A DNA stretch of 64,000 bases from NCBI GenBank assembly GCA_964035545.1, contig OZ037767.1:17419781-17483780 (forward strand), in the 5' to 3' direction. Position numbers and translations under genes: made by a program. Shown here in pieces: positions 51,801-63,819 of this stretch (the stretch's first letter is position 1; every line of letters starts with the position of its first letter). Below the pieces are notes generated by a model. It did no database searches. It saw only the letters and a program-made list of their open reading frames with translations, and was not told the origin of the DNA. This stretch comes from Bugula neritina (taxonomy: Eukaryota > Animalia > Bryozoa).

Positions 51801-54800
51801 GAGTAGTAATATAATACAGAGTAGTAATATAATACAGAGTAATATAATACAGAGTAGTAATATAATACAGAGTAGTAATATAATACAGAGTAGTAATATA
51901 ATACTGAGTAGTAATATAATACAGAGTAGTAATATAATACAGAGTAGTAATATAATACAGAGTAGTAATATAATACAGAGTAGTAATATAATACAGAGTA
52001 GTAATATAATACAGAGTAGTAATATAATACTGAGTAGTAATATAATACAGAGTAGTAATATAATACAGAGTAGTAATATAGTACAGAGTAGTAATATAAT
52101 ACAGAGTAGTAATATAATACAGAGGAGTAATATAATACAGAGTAGTAATATAATACAGAGTAGTAATATAATACAGAGTAGTAATATAATACAGAGTAGT
52201 AATATAATACAGAGAGAGTAATATAATACAGAGTAGTAATATAATACAGCTCACCGTCGTCGAGCAGAGAGAGGATGTTGACGACGGTGTCAAGGCCAGC
52301 TAGTCTGACGGAACACTCCTCATCGTGAGCGAGCTCCACTAGTTCGGGAAGTATTGCACTTTTGGTGGACTCCAGACTGTAGAGACACATATGTACAATA
52401 TAATGAATATATAATATATATAGCATACATATATTATATATATATACTATATAGTAGATATATATAATATACTCTATATCACGCCATATATTACAGAGTA
52501 TATGAGGGTCGGGAGAAAGACAAAACATCACAAATAAACTTTAACTTCTATTGAATCCTCTTCTTTCAATTCAAACATTTAATTACAAGGAAGTTGCAGA
52601 CACTTTAGTAATTATCCCCCTGACCACAGCACGAGTCTCAGTCTACAGTATAACTGGAGTGATTGAGGGCGGGCAGACCCCCCCCCCCCCCCGACTAGAC
52701 AAACAGTGAACTCACCCGAGACCCTTGGCTATGAGGTCAAGTTGCCGGCACATGCAGGCTCGCACTTCGTACTCCACGTCCTGGCAGAGTGACTGAACTA
52801 TCGGCAGGATTTCCTTCTTTATTCTACCAACAGAGAGAAGACAACAGCTCACAGAGCGGCGCTACATACAGGTGGCGGTTGTGAGAGGGCAACTTCGCAT
52901 TAGAAGGGAATATAAAAACTCACACAAAACTCTCCAGGCAGATGGAGATCTTGCCGAGGATACGGCAGCTCATGAGACGTGACTGGATGTTCTGAGACAG
53001 CTGCCCTTTCTGTATGGCCTTCGTCATTACCTGGTAACACCAACAAGTGTCATATATATTATACATCTTCAATGGGGAGACAATCCCAAGTACTGTGTGA
53101 TAACTATACGTTACAGAACGTATGACTGGCAATACAAGTGCTTCAGCTTGACTTCTACACCAGAGTACACATTTCATTCTCTGTAAACTAAGTTGTGAGC
53201 AGTACTTCAAGTAATACTTGCCTCTCTCCTGAGTACGTCTTTAGTTAGCAGAGGAATGACTTGAAGAAGGGTGTCTAGCCACGCCTCTCCCACGTCTGCG
53301 TCTTTGTAGTCGAGAGCGTTTAATATGATTGGAAGAAACTGTTGAGCAAAGGTGGCACCCGACACCACTTCGGATTGAAATATTTGTAGGAACACGGAGC
53401 TGGCGGCCATTTGCATATCTGCTTGAGCGATCGGCAGGAACTCCTACAAGGCATTGTGGGAGTTTTACTGTTAGGAGGTGTATAACACAGCTAGGTGGTG
53501 CATATCCCAGCTAGGTGGTGTATAACCCAGCTAGGTGGTGTATAACCCAGCTAGCTAAACAAAGTAAAAGTAAAATTTCACCCAAAGCTATAGCAAGGGT
53601 TGTAAATTAAGTTTTCAAGTATAGAGTAGTAGTTGAGAGGTTAGAGGAAGTGTGGAGTATAACAATTTGCATAATATTTCTGCCAAATTCAAGAGATAAA
53701 AACTGTTTCAACAGAATATTAATGATTTCCAGAATGAAGGATGACCTCATCACATGGTATGATGGGCTGTTGCCTGCTGTACTGGAGGCAGCGGCAGCAG
53801 AGTATGGTGGGCCACAATCTGTACATATACTCTAAATTGGCTGTAAAGGCAGCTTATATTGATTAACAACAGGGCTGGAAATACACACTTTTTATTACTT
53901 GTTATAACAAGTTGTGATGGAGTATTTAGCAAGATAACCACTTGAGTTATGCTAATAGCTTGCACTGAGAATTACATAAGGATGTAATATTAGTTGATAT
54001 GATATCTGCATTAGATCAATACACAGAGTCAGTTCATATCAAATAATCAATACAAAAACTTACTGAATATTGAACACTAAATAGATACATGCAATTCACT
54101 CAAACACTCATTTATTATTCATTTTTAATTTAGACAAATGGAATGTTGATCAAACTTATATCTGCATCAGTTTGAACTAATTTGGTAGCAAATATTTATG
54201 CTGGTTGCACTTACAGTGTTGCCAGCATAAAGTAAATATTACATCAGTCACCATGTGTACAGAACTGTAAGTACTATTATATCGCAAGTCTCAAAGATAG
54301 CCAGAGTTCTTATCTGGCTACAGTGAAGGGAGACAACCCTAACATCACACAGCTTACAGGTATAATGGTAGGGTCTAGCCTCACTTACTCTGATTTTAGG
54401 GATGACTTTGCGGAGGCACTCATCTTTGTTGTCTTTGAGGAGGTGGGGGAGGCTGGTGACTACACTCAGTCTCTGTATGTCCTGACCACAGCTACCAGCA
54501 GAATAGTTGAATACATGACAGTGTGGAGAGAGTACTACATGTTACTATACCATACTATGACAGTGTGGAGAGAGTACTACATGTTACTATATGAGGGGCT
54601 CACCCGTTATGTAATGGAATGTAACACACCTGCAGCTATAACTACTCTAGAAATGAGATGTAACAGAATATTCTCGGAGCACTTAGTCTGAGCAGTGAAC
54701 AGAGTCACTGAGACTAGTCCAAGTGCTACCAGCTTCTACCAGGAGAAGTCATGTGGGCGGGGCTTACAGAACATGTAAGTGTATAGCACAAATTCAAAAG

Positions 54801-57800
54801 AAACTGGGGGTTAGTTTCAGAAACATTCCTCACTAGCTGTGAGTTGGCTTTACAGAGTCACTTATATGATAAGATACTGAAAGTTATCAAGTGTTGACAT
54901 AAGTGTTGACAATTGAGTAAGTGTTGATAATTGAGCAAGTGTTGATAATTGAGCAGACACCCAGGTGGATTGACAGAACTTTCTAGAAAGCCGGTTCAGT
55001 GAGAAAACATTGCATCCTCCACACAGCAAAGAACTGTTGCACTGTTTAATTATTACCACTCCTAGTAGAAATAGTTCTCCTCTAACAACTAGCAGATGAG
55101 TGACGTATACAGAGTAGTTGCTGTATGCTAACTGTACACAGGTGTGTATGTATTGTATTAGGAGAAATATTCTGCTGTAGGCAAAGTTGCAGAGACTTGT
55201 AAAGATCACTGAAAATTGATAGATAGAGGTTGACAATACCTACATATCCATAAGTGTAATATTATGTTACGAGGACATATTATATTGGGACAGCTAGGGT
55301 GGGACGAACAGACAGACAGAGGTGGTGATATAGGTTAATGAGATGATGAGAGTTGCATTGCATATTGTAGATGATAGTGTATACATGGTTAGTTAGTTAC
55401 ATCATAGGTTAGTATACACTGTTCAACTGACTGGTTAGTGATACCAGTGACTGCTTGACCCCTCTCCCCCCTAATACAGAGAGCAGTAACCCTCCCCCCC
55501 TCACTATTACAGAGAGCAGTAACCCCTGCTGGTCCCTAGATATCACCTCAACCTCTAAATATAATACCATCCTCTAGACTCTAGAGTCTAGATATAATAT
55601 CAACACTTCACTTTGATATACTTGTAGCAGAGCGTACTGTTTGCCATAGCCTGATATCCTATGACCTAGACACATGCAGGGAGTTATCTTAACATAGAAC
55701 ACAGGCTAAACCTCACACGAGTACAGATTAGAGAGAGTGACAGTCCCTCAATTAAAGCAAGTTGGACTGAAACTTCAAGATATACGAATAGAAAAATCAA
55801 ACAATGAGTTGAAAGCAAGCAGCGTTTTTGCAGCGAAAATTAATTGTTAATCAAATGTTATCAATATAACAGAGATGCACTTTCAACAGCCATTGGAATA
55901 GCTAGTCACAGTAACAAAGACCTTACAATAAAACAAGGTTGTTACAAAGATGGAATTGAATTATGGGCTGGAACCCAGAGCAAAGCACAATCCTAGTATT
56001 CTGCAGCTAGCAAAAGATTGTCAGGTGCTTGGTACAGGTCGACAGCTATAGCAAGAGATGTCCAGAGTAGGTTCTACCTCTCCTACTAACTTAGCTAATA
56101 TTTCTGGGTTGTTGTTTGAAAATACTGACAGCAAACAACAGGATGAGTCATTGAGTGCAGTGAACACTTTTGATTGAATTACCAATACAAGGAATATTAG
56201 ATAGTGACAAATGACATAAATAAAATATGATAATTAAATGAAATCCCTCCACTAACCGCTCTAGTATAAAACTATAACATATGGCCTAATGTTGGGAGTT
56301 GTGGATATTCAATATGAATATCAGCAAAGTAGAACAAGTGATGTCGTAGTTGTAGTAACTGAATACAACTCAAGTGCGTACACCAATGCTTACCGCTGCC
56401 TGAAGTGAAAGGGAATGTAGTTGTCACCAAGGTCACGATACACAGGGGCGTGATGGTGATGCCCCAATAATATATCCGGTGGGTAGTTGTTTTCCAGAAC
56501 TATATGGTGAGCCAGGTTTGATGAGCTTAAATCCAACTCAGATTGAGTTTCTGGCGAGAAAGAGTCGACAAAGCCAACCATGTCTGGGATGTTACCATCC
56601 CCATCTGACTCTTTATTCCACTGCAGCAGATCCACTGACAGTTTTTCAGTTGCTTGTGAGTCAGAGTGACTCTCACAGCTTGCATCATTTTGATTATCAC
56701 TCTTTTCAGTGTGCTCACTTTGAGTTTCACTATGACTATGAAGAGAGTCTTTAAGTCCGACTCTAGCCAGATGAGGTGTCATTACTCCGGATTCTATCAG
56801 CAAATCCATTGACTTCCAAACAGTTGTTAGAGATCTGTTTAACCCATTCAAACTCCAGCAGTATCACTGATGAGCACAATCGCGGAACCGAAGACGTTAC
56901 GACGGGAACTTGAGTGCAGGCTGTGCAGTACTGCAGTAATCCGATCCTCTAGTTACACATGAATGCACCTATTATTTCACTGACAATACGCACTGAAAGT
57001 TGCAATACAAATGACAAGCAACACTCGATGTAACTAAACTTGGCGATAGCCAATACAAAAGCCTCTATCAGTCCAACAGTGAATCATAGCAAATCAAAAG
57101 AACATCAAAGGCAGCTAAAACGATTTCGATACTAGAGGATGGCTTCGCTGCGGATAGCAGACGAACGATGAGTAATCAAGGTGTCGTACAGTGTTTGTAT
57201 TGATAACACGTGTTATGATTCAACTCGTCCAAAGACCAACTCTCTCTATGCCAGATTATTAAATACAGCAGTTATAAAATTAGCTGTTAGTGAATTCGGC
57301 TATTATTGGCAAGCTCTCGCCGGAATATGTGACTGATTTATATTACACAGGCATGTAATTGTTGTATACTAGGTAGGAAGCTGCGAACTAATCTACTGAT
57401 TGTGTAAATCATTGTTTATGGCAGCATCTACTTTGATGATAGCTGTTTGAAGGCTGCAAAATTAATTAGGCTCAAAAAGCTCATTAGAGGCTGTAAAACA
57501 ATGCTAGCACTACCAGTTGATGGGAAGGAAGACTTTTTGTAAGGTCTTGAAAGACAAATAATTTAGAAACATGCAGATTGCTCTTTCAGAATGCAAAGCT
57601 GATCAAATACCATAAAGATGGTCTCAATCAGATATAATGGTTGGGTTGGATCTAATAAAGGAAGTCAGTTCTTAGAAGGGCCAACAGTTTTCAATTGAAT
57701 CAAATGGAATAAGTCAGCATAGTTGGTAAGACAGCAGAGTCAGTGAGAGACAACTCTTATAATTTCTTATATAATTATTTAACAATAACATACCAACATA

Positions 57801-60800
57801 ATATGATTACTGTGTTGTATAGTATTACTTAGTTATTATGTACCTATATAACAGATGTAAATTCAGGGGAAAACAACTTCCAAATTATTCGTTAACCTTA
57901 GATTGAAAGTGGATATTACCAGATTATGTCCAACAGCTTTACTGTGTCTATACCATAGAGTGTAGATATACTATACAGTGTAGATATACAATACAGTGTA
58001 GATATACTATACAGTGTAGATATAGTATACAGTGTAGATATACTATACAGTGTAGATATACTATACAGTGTAGATATACTATACAGTGTAGATATACTAT
58101 ACAGTGTAGATATACTATACAGTGTAGATATACTATACAGTGTAGATATAGTATACAGTGTAGATATACCATACAGTGTAAATATACTATACAGTGTAGA
58201 TATACTATACAGTGTAGATATAGTATACAGTGTAGATATACTATACAGTGTAGATATACTATACAGTGTACATATAATATACAGTGTAGATATACTATAC
58301 AGTGTAGATATATAATAGTATAAAGCAAATATTTTGGAGTTGTCTTTCGCACAAAACTTCAGATATTTTTAAGAGTTGCCCGTTCTCATCAAATATAAGT
58401 GAATACAATGATTTAACTGTTAGTATATAGTATAACTGAGAGTTAACTGTTAGTATATAGTATAACTGAGAGAGAGTTAACTGTTAGTATATAGTATAAC
58501 CGAGAGAGAGTTAACTGTTAGTATATAGTATAACTGAGAGAGAGTTAACTGTTAGTATATAGTATCACTGAGAGTTGACTGATATTTATACAGTTTCTCA
58601 ATTACCAAAGTACAGAGTTAAAGTTGTTCACATAGCCCTAGCGCTAGTAGATATTTGTTGCATGAGAAGTTGTCTTCTTACAAAATAAAGCAACTAAGCT
58701 CCAAACCATAATGTCAAGAACTAAAGCTAAGCTAATAACAGCTTCATATCTAATGTTAATCGTATACCAAGTTTTTCTTAACAATCACTATGTTTGGGGA
58801 AAAGAAAACTGAATTTCTATTTGCAAACATATTATAGAATTCTGGTGACCTTGACTTTTAGCCGCAGCTCCTAGCCTACACTTAGCCTGGGCTCACGTAA
58901 ACTCAGCAACTTGAATCAGGAACTGATACCAACACCACACAAGTTGATAGAAAGAATTCTACTACATTATACTAATAATTAGAATATATTATACTAGTAA
59001 TGAGGTAACTCTATATACTATAACCACCCACGTGCAGGTAACATTGTGTGCAGTACTAGAATACGTTTACCTATTTGTATATGCATTTACACAGTATTGG
59101 AACCTCATTATCATTCCGCATATCAATTATAGCAACTAGTAAACACCAGTATGAAGTTATTACAGGTATAATGCAGTATAAATGTCAGAGTGATGAAAAC
59201 ACACCACAGCATATAGAATATATAAACCCAATGGTACCCTGGGCAGTAAAACAGCCCTTATGTAACTCGGCCTACCTTAGAACTGCTGCGATCTGGTCCC
59301 AATCAATCTGTCTAGGCGTTGGAGCACGAACATTTGACCAATCAATTTCGTCGTTAAATATGATTTCCCGACATCTCTCGGGCATTGGAGACGGAGACCG
59401 AAATCTCCCATTCTTGTCTCTTCCTCTACTGGAAGATCTTGATGCCCTTTGTCGGCCTCTTTCTCTGTTAGCTTTCCGTCTAGATGGGGACGGTGAACGT
59501 ACCTCCCTTAAATATGTCTGTAAATAGCCGCTGGGAGATTTCTCAGCTGGAGGTTGGTCACTGTTCTCTAGTCTGACGGCTGGTTGAGTCTCAGCACGTC
59601 TCGTATTACGTTGTGATTTACGGCGTGTGTCTTTTGAAGAGTTACGTTTCCCTGCCAGTTTGGTTGAGTGAAGCACATTAGGGTGTGTTTCGCTGGTCTT
59701 AAGGTGAGTGGTACCTTCATCATAGTCACCTGTGGCAGGAAAAGGAGAGTTGGCAGCTGAACTAGCACTGCTGGGAGAGTTGGCAGCTGAACTAGCACTG
59801 CTGGGAGAGTTAGCAGCTGAACTAGCACTGCTGAGAGAGTTTGTAGATATCTTAAACACTGGCACATCATCCGCTTCTTTGTCTATCCTTTGTATGTTAA
59901 CAGAAGTTACGGGCTCTTGTCTGTTAGCAGCTTTACGGGAAGGCAGCGTATTGAAAGTGTTTTTTGGACTAGAAGATGGAACCAGGGCTTTAGTCTGCCC
60001 AGCAGCTGGCACCTGCTTCACATCAATGGCAGCAGGAGCGTTTATCTTCACACCTCGCTGTCGCAGTGATGACACGTCTAGACCAGTTGGCCAGACAGGT
60101 TGGGGGGAGCTATGGTACCGACCCACCCACTCTGATTCACTAGGCGCACCTGAGGCTAGTCTAGACTTGGAAGGCAGCGTCAGGGACCAGCTGTCTGTAA
60201 CCGGTCTCGCTGACTCAGGCTGACCTCCACTTCTCACCTTTGACCTGCGAGGAGGCAGAGCCGGGGGCTCTGGGAGACTCACCGCCGATCTCACTGGGAC
60301 AGCCTCGTTGCCGATTATCTTGTAGACAGGAATGTCAACGTTCTCAGCTGCCTCAACTCTCGGGAAAGTGTTCTGGTGCTGACTTACACTCACAGGAAGT
60401 AACTCCGAATCTTGAGGAGGTGTCCACGGCACTTTTTGGTGAGGGAGAGTATTGCTGAGCCACGGTGTGGACAGCATATTGATCCTAGGTAGGCCGCCCT
60501 CCGACATGGCTACCATGAACGGCTGACCACCAAACGGCTGGCTACCAGAAGCTCCAGCGTAGGACTGAGTCCAGTGAGGAGCCACATTAGGAGGATATAA
60601 CCTCTGCTGCCGAGACAGCTGCTGAGACTGTGGTGCTCTTACCCTCTGGTCCTTCATTTGCTGGTGTAGGATGGCTGGACTGATACCCGTATCCTCTACT
60701 GTCAGGATGAACTGATCATCTCCCACTGGCTGCACCTTCATTCTCCGCCCTGTGTTTGTGTTGTATCCATTTCCATGTGATGTCATCTTCTTATCTCTCT

Positions 60801-63800
60801 TGTGAGTCAGCGCAGATCTGCTGCTGTTGCTGCCACTACTGTTAGATATTCGTGTATTACTGCTGCCACTACTGTTAGATATTCGTGTATTACTGACTGC
60901 ACCTGTATTGCCTCTATTACACGCCTTACTGCTCTCAGTGATGTAATAATTGTTAACATTATTGCATTTCAAATCATTTCCCGTAGTCAAGGCGTTATCA
61001 TTCACGTGCTCCAGAATGTTGCATTGCAACTGGTTACCTTGCCAATTTGACTTGGCGTCTGCATGATTGCTATTGTTGTTGAAGTTGTATACAGTCACCG
61101 GAGTAATGACTGCTCTGCCCAGTGGTGTAGCGCTCCCCCTATTCAGCTGTGTAATCCTTCCCTCATGACCCCCCTTTCTTCTTACAGGAAACGCAGCACT
61201 CCTGTCTCTACTTCTAGCAGACTGGTTGAAACTTCTACCTGCTGGTGATGAATTCATTTGCTAAGACTAGCAAATAGTTTGAATGGTTACCTCACTGTTG
61301 AAAGGCAGACGATCAAATGCTTACGTTACTCCAACTGTGCAAAGCCCAAACAGTTTGGGTATAACAAGATGAATTAGCTAGAGTATGCTCCCTGAAGCTC
61401 CAGAGGGCTGTACACTTACAGCAGAAACTAAATAGCAACTTGTACAGGGGGTGAAACCATTTGAGTAATCCACTCCTTGTCAAAACACGCTGTGACTACA
61501 TTATACTGTGAGTCAAGACCGTCTGCACTTCTATACGTCTGCACGGCTCCTGTACGACACGGAGCTCAACTGATGGTTACTTCTGATTGTTACGAAGCAT
61601 TAGCTAATAGCAATGAACTGTATACTAGAAACACTAGAATACTGTTACAATAAACATCCCATCACTGTCTATTATATTATAATGTATGCTGTAATTTACT
61701 CTGTGCTCTGTAGATATGCTATGGTGATGAGGGTTTATGGAGAAGTACCTAAACCCTCATTTACAGGGCAGTGAACCCTTTTATATCCATGTGTGTATCC
61801 TATTGCAGGAGATGAGACTGTAGTATTTACTGCAATATATTACAATATATACTGTATTATATATACTGTAATATACTGTATTATGCTGTATTAAACTGTA
61901 TTATACTGTAATATACTGCATGTAATATAGTATAATATACTGTAATATAGTATATTATACTGTAATATATTATACTGTAAAATACTGTAATATAGTGCCA
62001 TATACTGTATTAAACTGTATTATACTATATCATACTGTGATATACTTAATGCATGTGATATACTATATAATATACTGCACTACACAGCAATATACTGTAG
62101 TATAATGTAATATACTGTAGTATATAATGTAATATGCTGTAATATACTGTGACACACTGTAGGACACTGTACAGACTACACAATACATAACAACTCTAAA
62201 CCAAGTTTCCACCCACCAGCTAACACTGCTGTGTTAGCAGGTAAACAAAGAAACACGAGCAACAAGTATTTCCTGTCATGCAGGACTTGGGCTGTGACAG
62301 TGGTGATTCACCCATCTATTATAACTTTAATATGTCCATCACATGTACAGTGCATACAAGTAGAGAACACCCACAATGCCCTGGTGATGCAACACTGGGG
62401 ACAGACAACTTCCAGCCTACACCCACATACTAGCTAGTAGCTGTGATGAAAGTACTGCTATTCTATCAACCATAACAATAACAGACAACAGCTTGTACAA
62501 AATCTAGATTCTAGACAACAGGGAAAAGTATATTAGTATGTGTGTCATGTAATATATTATAAGTATATTATTCTATGTCCCTTTTATTTGTAATGGCTTC
62601 AAAATTGGGATTTAGGGGCCTAAAATATGAAATAATGAAATATAAGCCCAAATAATACTTTATATAATATACAGTGAAAATATAACAATAGACAGAAGTT
62701 TTAGTAACATAATCTCTACTATTCATAACTGTAGAGATGGGACGCTAAATAAAGAGAGGGCAACTTTGATTGACAAGCATAGTTACTGGTAGGCCAATAC
62801 TTATATTGTTTAGCACAGAAGAAGTGAGTAGAACAGACAACTCCCAAACTATCTAAATCACTAATTTATTAAACATGTGACATTCTTTATACTAGAGCAC
62901 AAGGAGGTGGGTGTGTTTTGTCACGGAGATATTTTGTGTTTTATAAGCTAAGGCTGTAGACAAAATTCGATAAAGCTTCCAATTTGGTGCTATGTTTTAT
63001 GGCTATATCAAACTGAAGGCACATTAATACCATTTAAAGAACATTCCAGAAGGTAACACTGAGTGTGCATTGTTGATGCAGGGAGAGCTGGCGGCATAAT
63101 TAGAGAAACTGCTTCAGTTAGCAAGATTAACTTACTTTAATATGTAGATACACACCTCAAGATTAACTTACTTTAATATGTAAATACATCTCTCAAGAGT
63201 AACTTACTTTAATATGTAGATACATCTCTCAAGATTAACTTACTTTAACATGTAAATACATCTCTCAAGATTAACTTACTTTAATATGTAAATACATCTC
63301 TCAAGATTAACTTACTTTAACATGTAAATACATATCTCAAGATTAACTTACTTTAATATGTAAATACACCTCTCAAGATTAACTTACTTTAATATGTAGA
63401 TACACACCTCAAGATTAACTTACTTTAATATGTAAATACACCTCTCAAGAGTAACTTATTTTAATATGTAGATACGCCTCAAGAGTAACTTACTTTAATA
63501 TGTAAATACATCTCTCAAGAGTAACTTACTTTAATATGTAAATACATCTCTCAAGATTAACTTACTTTAACATGTAAATACATATCTCAAGATTAACTTA
63601 CTTTAATATGTAAATACATCTCTCAAGATTAACTTACTTTAATATGTAGATACATCTCTCAAGAGTGACTTACTTTAATATGTAGATACATCTCTCAAGA
63701 GTAACTTACTTTAATATGTAAATACATCTCTCAAGAGTAACTTACTTTAATATGTAGATACACCTCTCGAGGTCTCCCAACTTCTCATCTACTGTCAGCT

Positions 63801-63819
63801 GTTCTAATTCCTCAGCAGA
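39817..63819 (-). CDS. PPP4R4: Protein phosphatase 4 regulatory subunit 4 (HEAT repeats); exons 63819-63746, 54491-54388, 53443-53222, 53030-52924, 52823-52716, 52376-52255, 51355-51105, 50900-50829, 50360-50238, 47467-47135, 46488-46383, 46037-45884, 44449-44291, 43992-43896, 43329-43170, 42640-42521, 41422-41302, 41037-41017, 40890-40817, 39902-39817; first exon beyond the window
   Basis: [98 protein letters not shown] and DPVPNIR match PPP4R4 throughout. The 3' low-complexity exons are less certain. Confidence 0.9.
41452..42490. repeat. 21-bp minisatellite (about 49 copies, two variants) filling a PPP4R4 intron
   Basis: Unit gatattaaagtactgagakgt. It explains the spurious 355-aa ORF. Confidence 0.97.
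43697..43882. repeat. 17-bp array after a PPP4R4 donor
   Basis: Unit atatcacttagcccacc. On the sense strand, gatatg-gtggg resembles GAGATG|gtgag. Confidence 0.9.
44783..45478. repeat. Two fused mid-intron arrays: 20-bp (44783-45018) and 30-bp (45019-45478)
   Basis: Units actgagtatgtcatgtgact and agaacagactgagttagttgtacaggtaga share actgagt. Confidence 0.95.
46039..46139. repeat. 18-bp array abutting a PPP4R4 acceptor
   Basis: Unit cagtcacatgactcaata, with the acceptor at 46038. Confidence 0.9.
46271..46384. repeat. 24-bp donor array (PPP4R4)
   Basis: The sense unit ag|gttagtcatgtgacctagtagt repeats the real donor CAG|gttagtcatgtgacc. Confidence 0.92.
46493..46580. repeat. 21-bp acceptor-like array (PPP4R4)
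   Basis: Sense unit ctattcatgtttgtctcacag, compared with the real acceptor ctattcatgtttgtctctatag. Confidence 0.9.
46746..47136. repeat. 20-bp array of about 19 GTAAGT donor copies (PPP4R4)
   Basis: Sense unit ct|gtaagtgtgtcacgtact, starting at the real donor GCT|gtaagt (47134). Confidence 0.95.
47476..50232. repeat. 23-bp satellite (about 120 copies) forming a whole 2.77-kb PPP4R4 intron
   Basis: Unit actagttactctactgactrtat spans intron 47468-50237 almost end to end. Confidence 0.97.
51362..51500. repeat. 20-bp branch-point-containing array abutting a PPP4R4 acceptor
   Basis: The sense unit actctaacyactctgtactc contains CTAAC. The acceptor is at 51356. Confidence 0.88.
51680..52248. repeat. 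18-bp minisatellite starting 6 nt after a PPP4R4 donor
   Basis: Unit atataatacagagtagta, with the donor at 52254. Confidence 0.95.
56394..56809 (-). CDS. Candidate alternative first coding exon of PPP4R4 (about 138 aa)
   Basis: The ORF lies inside the PPP4R4 intron on the same strand and ends CAG CG|gtaagc (phase 2), compatible with exon 54491. Confidence 0.55.
57950..58315. repeat. 18-bp minisatellite, mid-intron
   Basis: Unit tatacagtgtagatatac, about 20 copies. Confidence 0.93.
58412..58577. repeat. 30-34-bp minisatellite, mid-intron
   Basis: Unit agttaactgttagtatatagtataactgag(agag). Confidence 0.88.
59276..61257 (-). CDS. Large single coding exon (660 aa, disordered, S/P/R-rich); candidate alternative first exon of PPP4R4
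   Basis: A 2-kb non-repetitive ORF inside the PPP4R4 intron, ending CTA AG|gtaggc (phase 2), compatible with exon 54491. It could instead be a nested intronless gene ending at 59272. Confidence 0.65.
61850..62150. repeat. Degenerate atactgta-based repeat
   Basis: Recurrent atatactgtaat words. Confidence 0.7.
63122..63770. repeat. 36-bp array (about 17-18 copies) of PPP4R4 exon end + GTAAGT donor
   Basis: The sense unit gagagatgtatytacatattaaa|gtaagttaatctt copies the exon end GAGAGGTGTATCTACATATTAAA|gtaagt. Confidence 0.95.

Noticed and set aside
51586-52293. Repetitive ORFs (YYITTL, SSNIIQ, YYYSVL), and similar ones at 768-1058, 13978-14397, 24263-24598, 25415-25875, 44994-45494 and 57948-58352
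   Set aside because: These are minisatellite translation artefacts. Only 52376-52255 is a real exon in this area.
59732-60223. Plus-strand 163-aa ORF
   Set aside because: It is the antisense shadow of the 660-aa exon.
61727-61760. Hairpin considered as a SECIS element or miRNA
   Set aside because: It has no GA quartet on the 3' arm, is not in a 3'UTR, and the stem is too short for a pre-miRNA.
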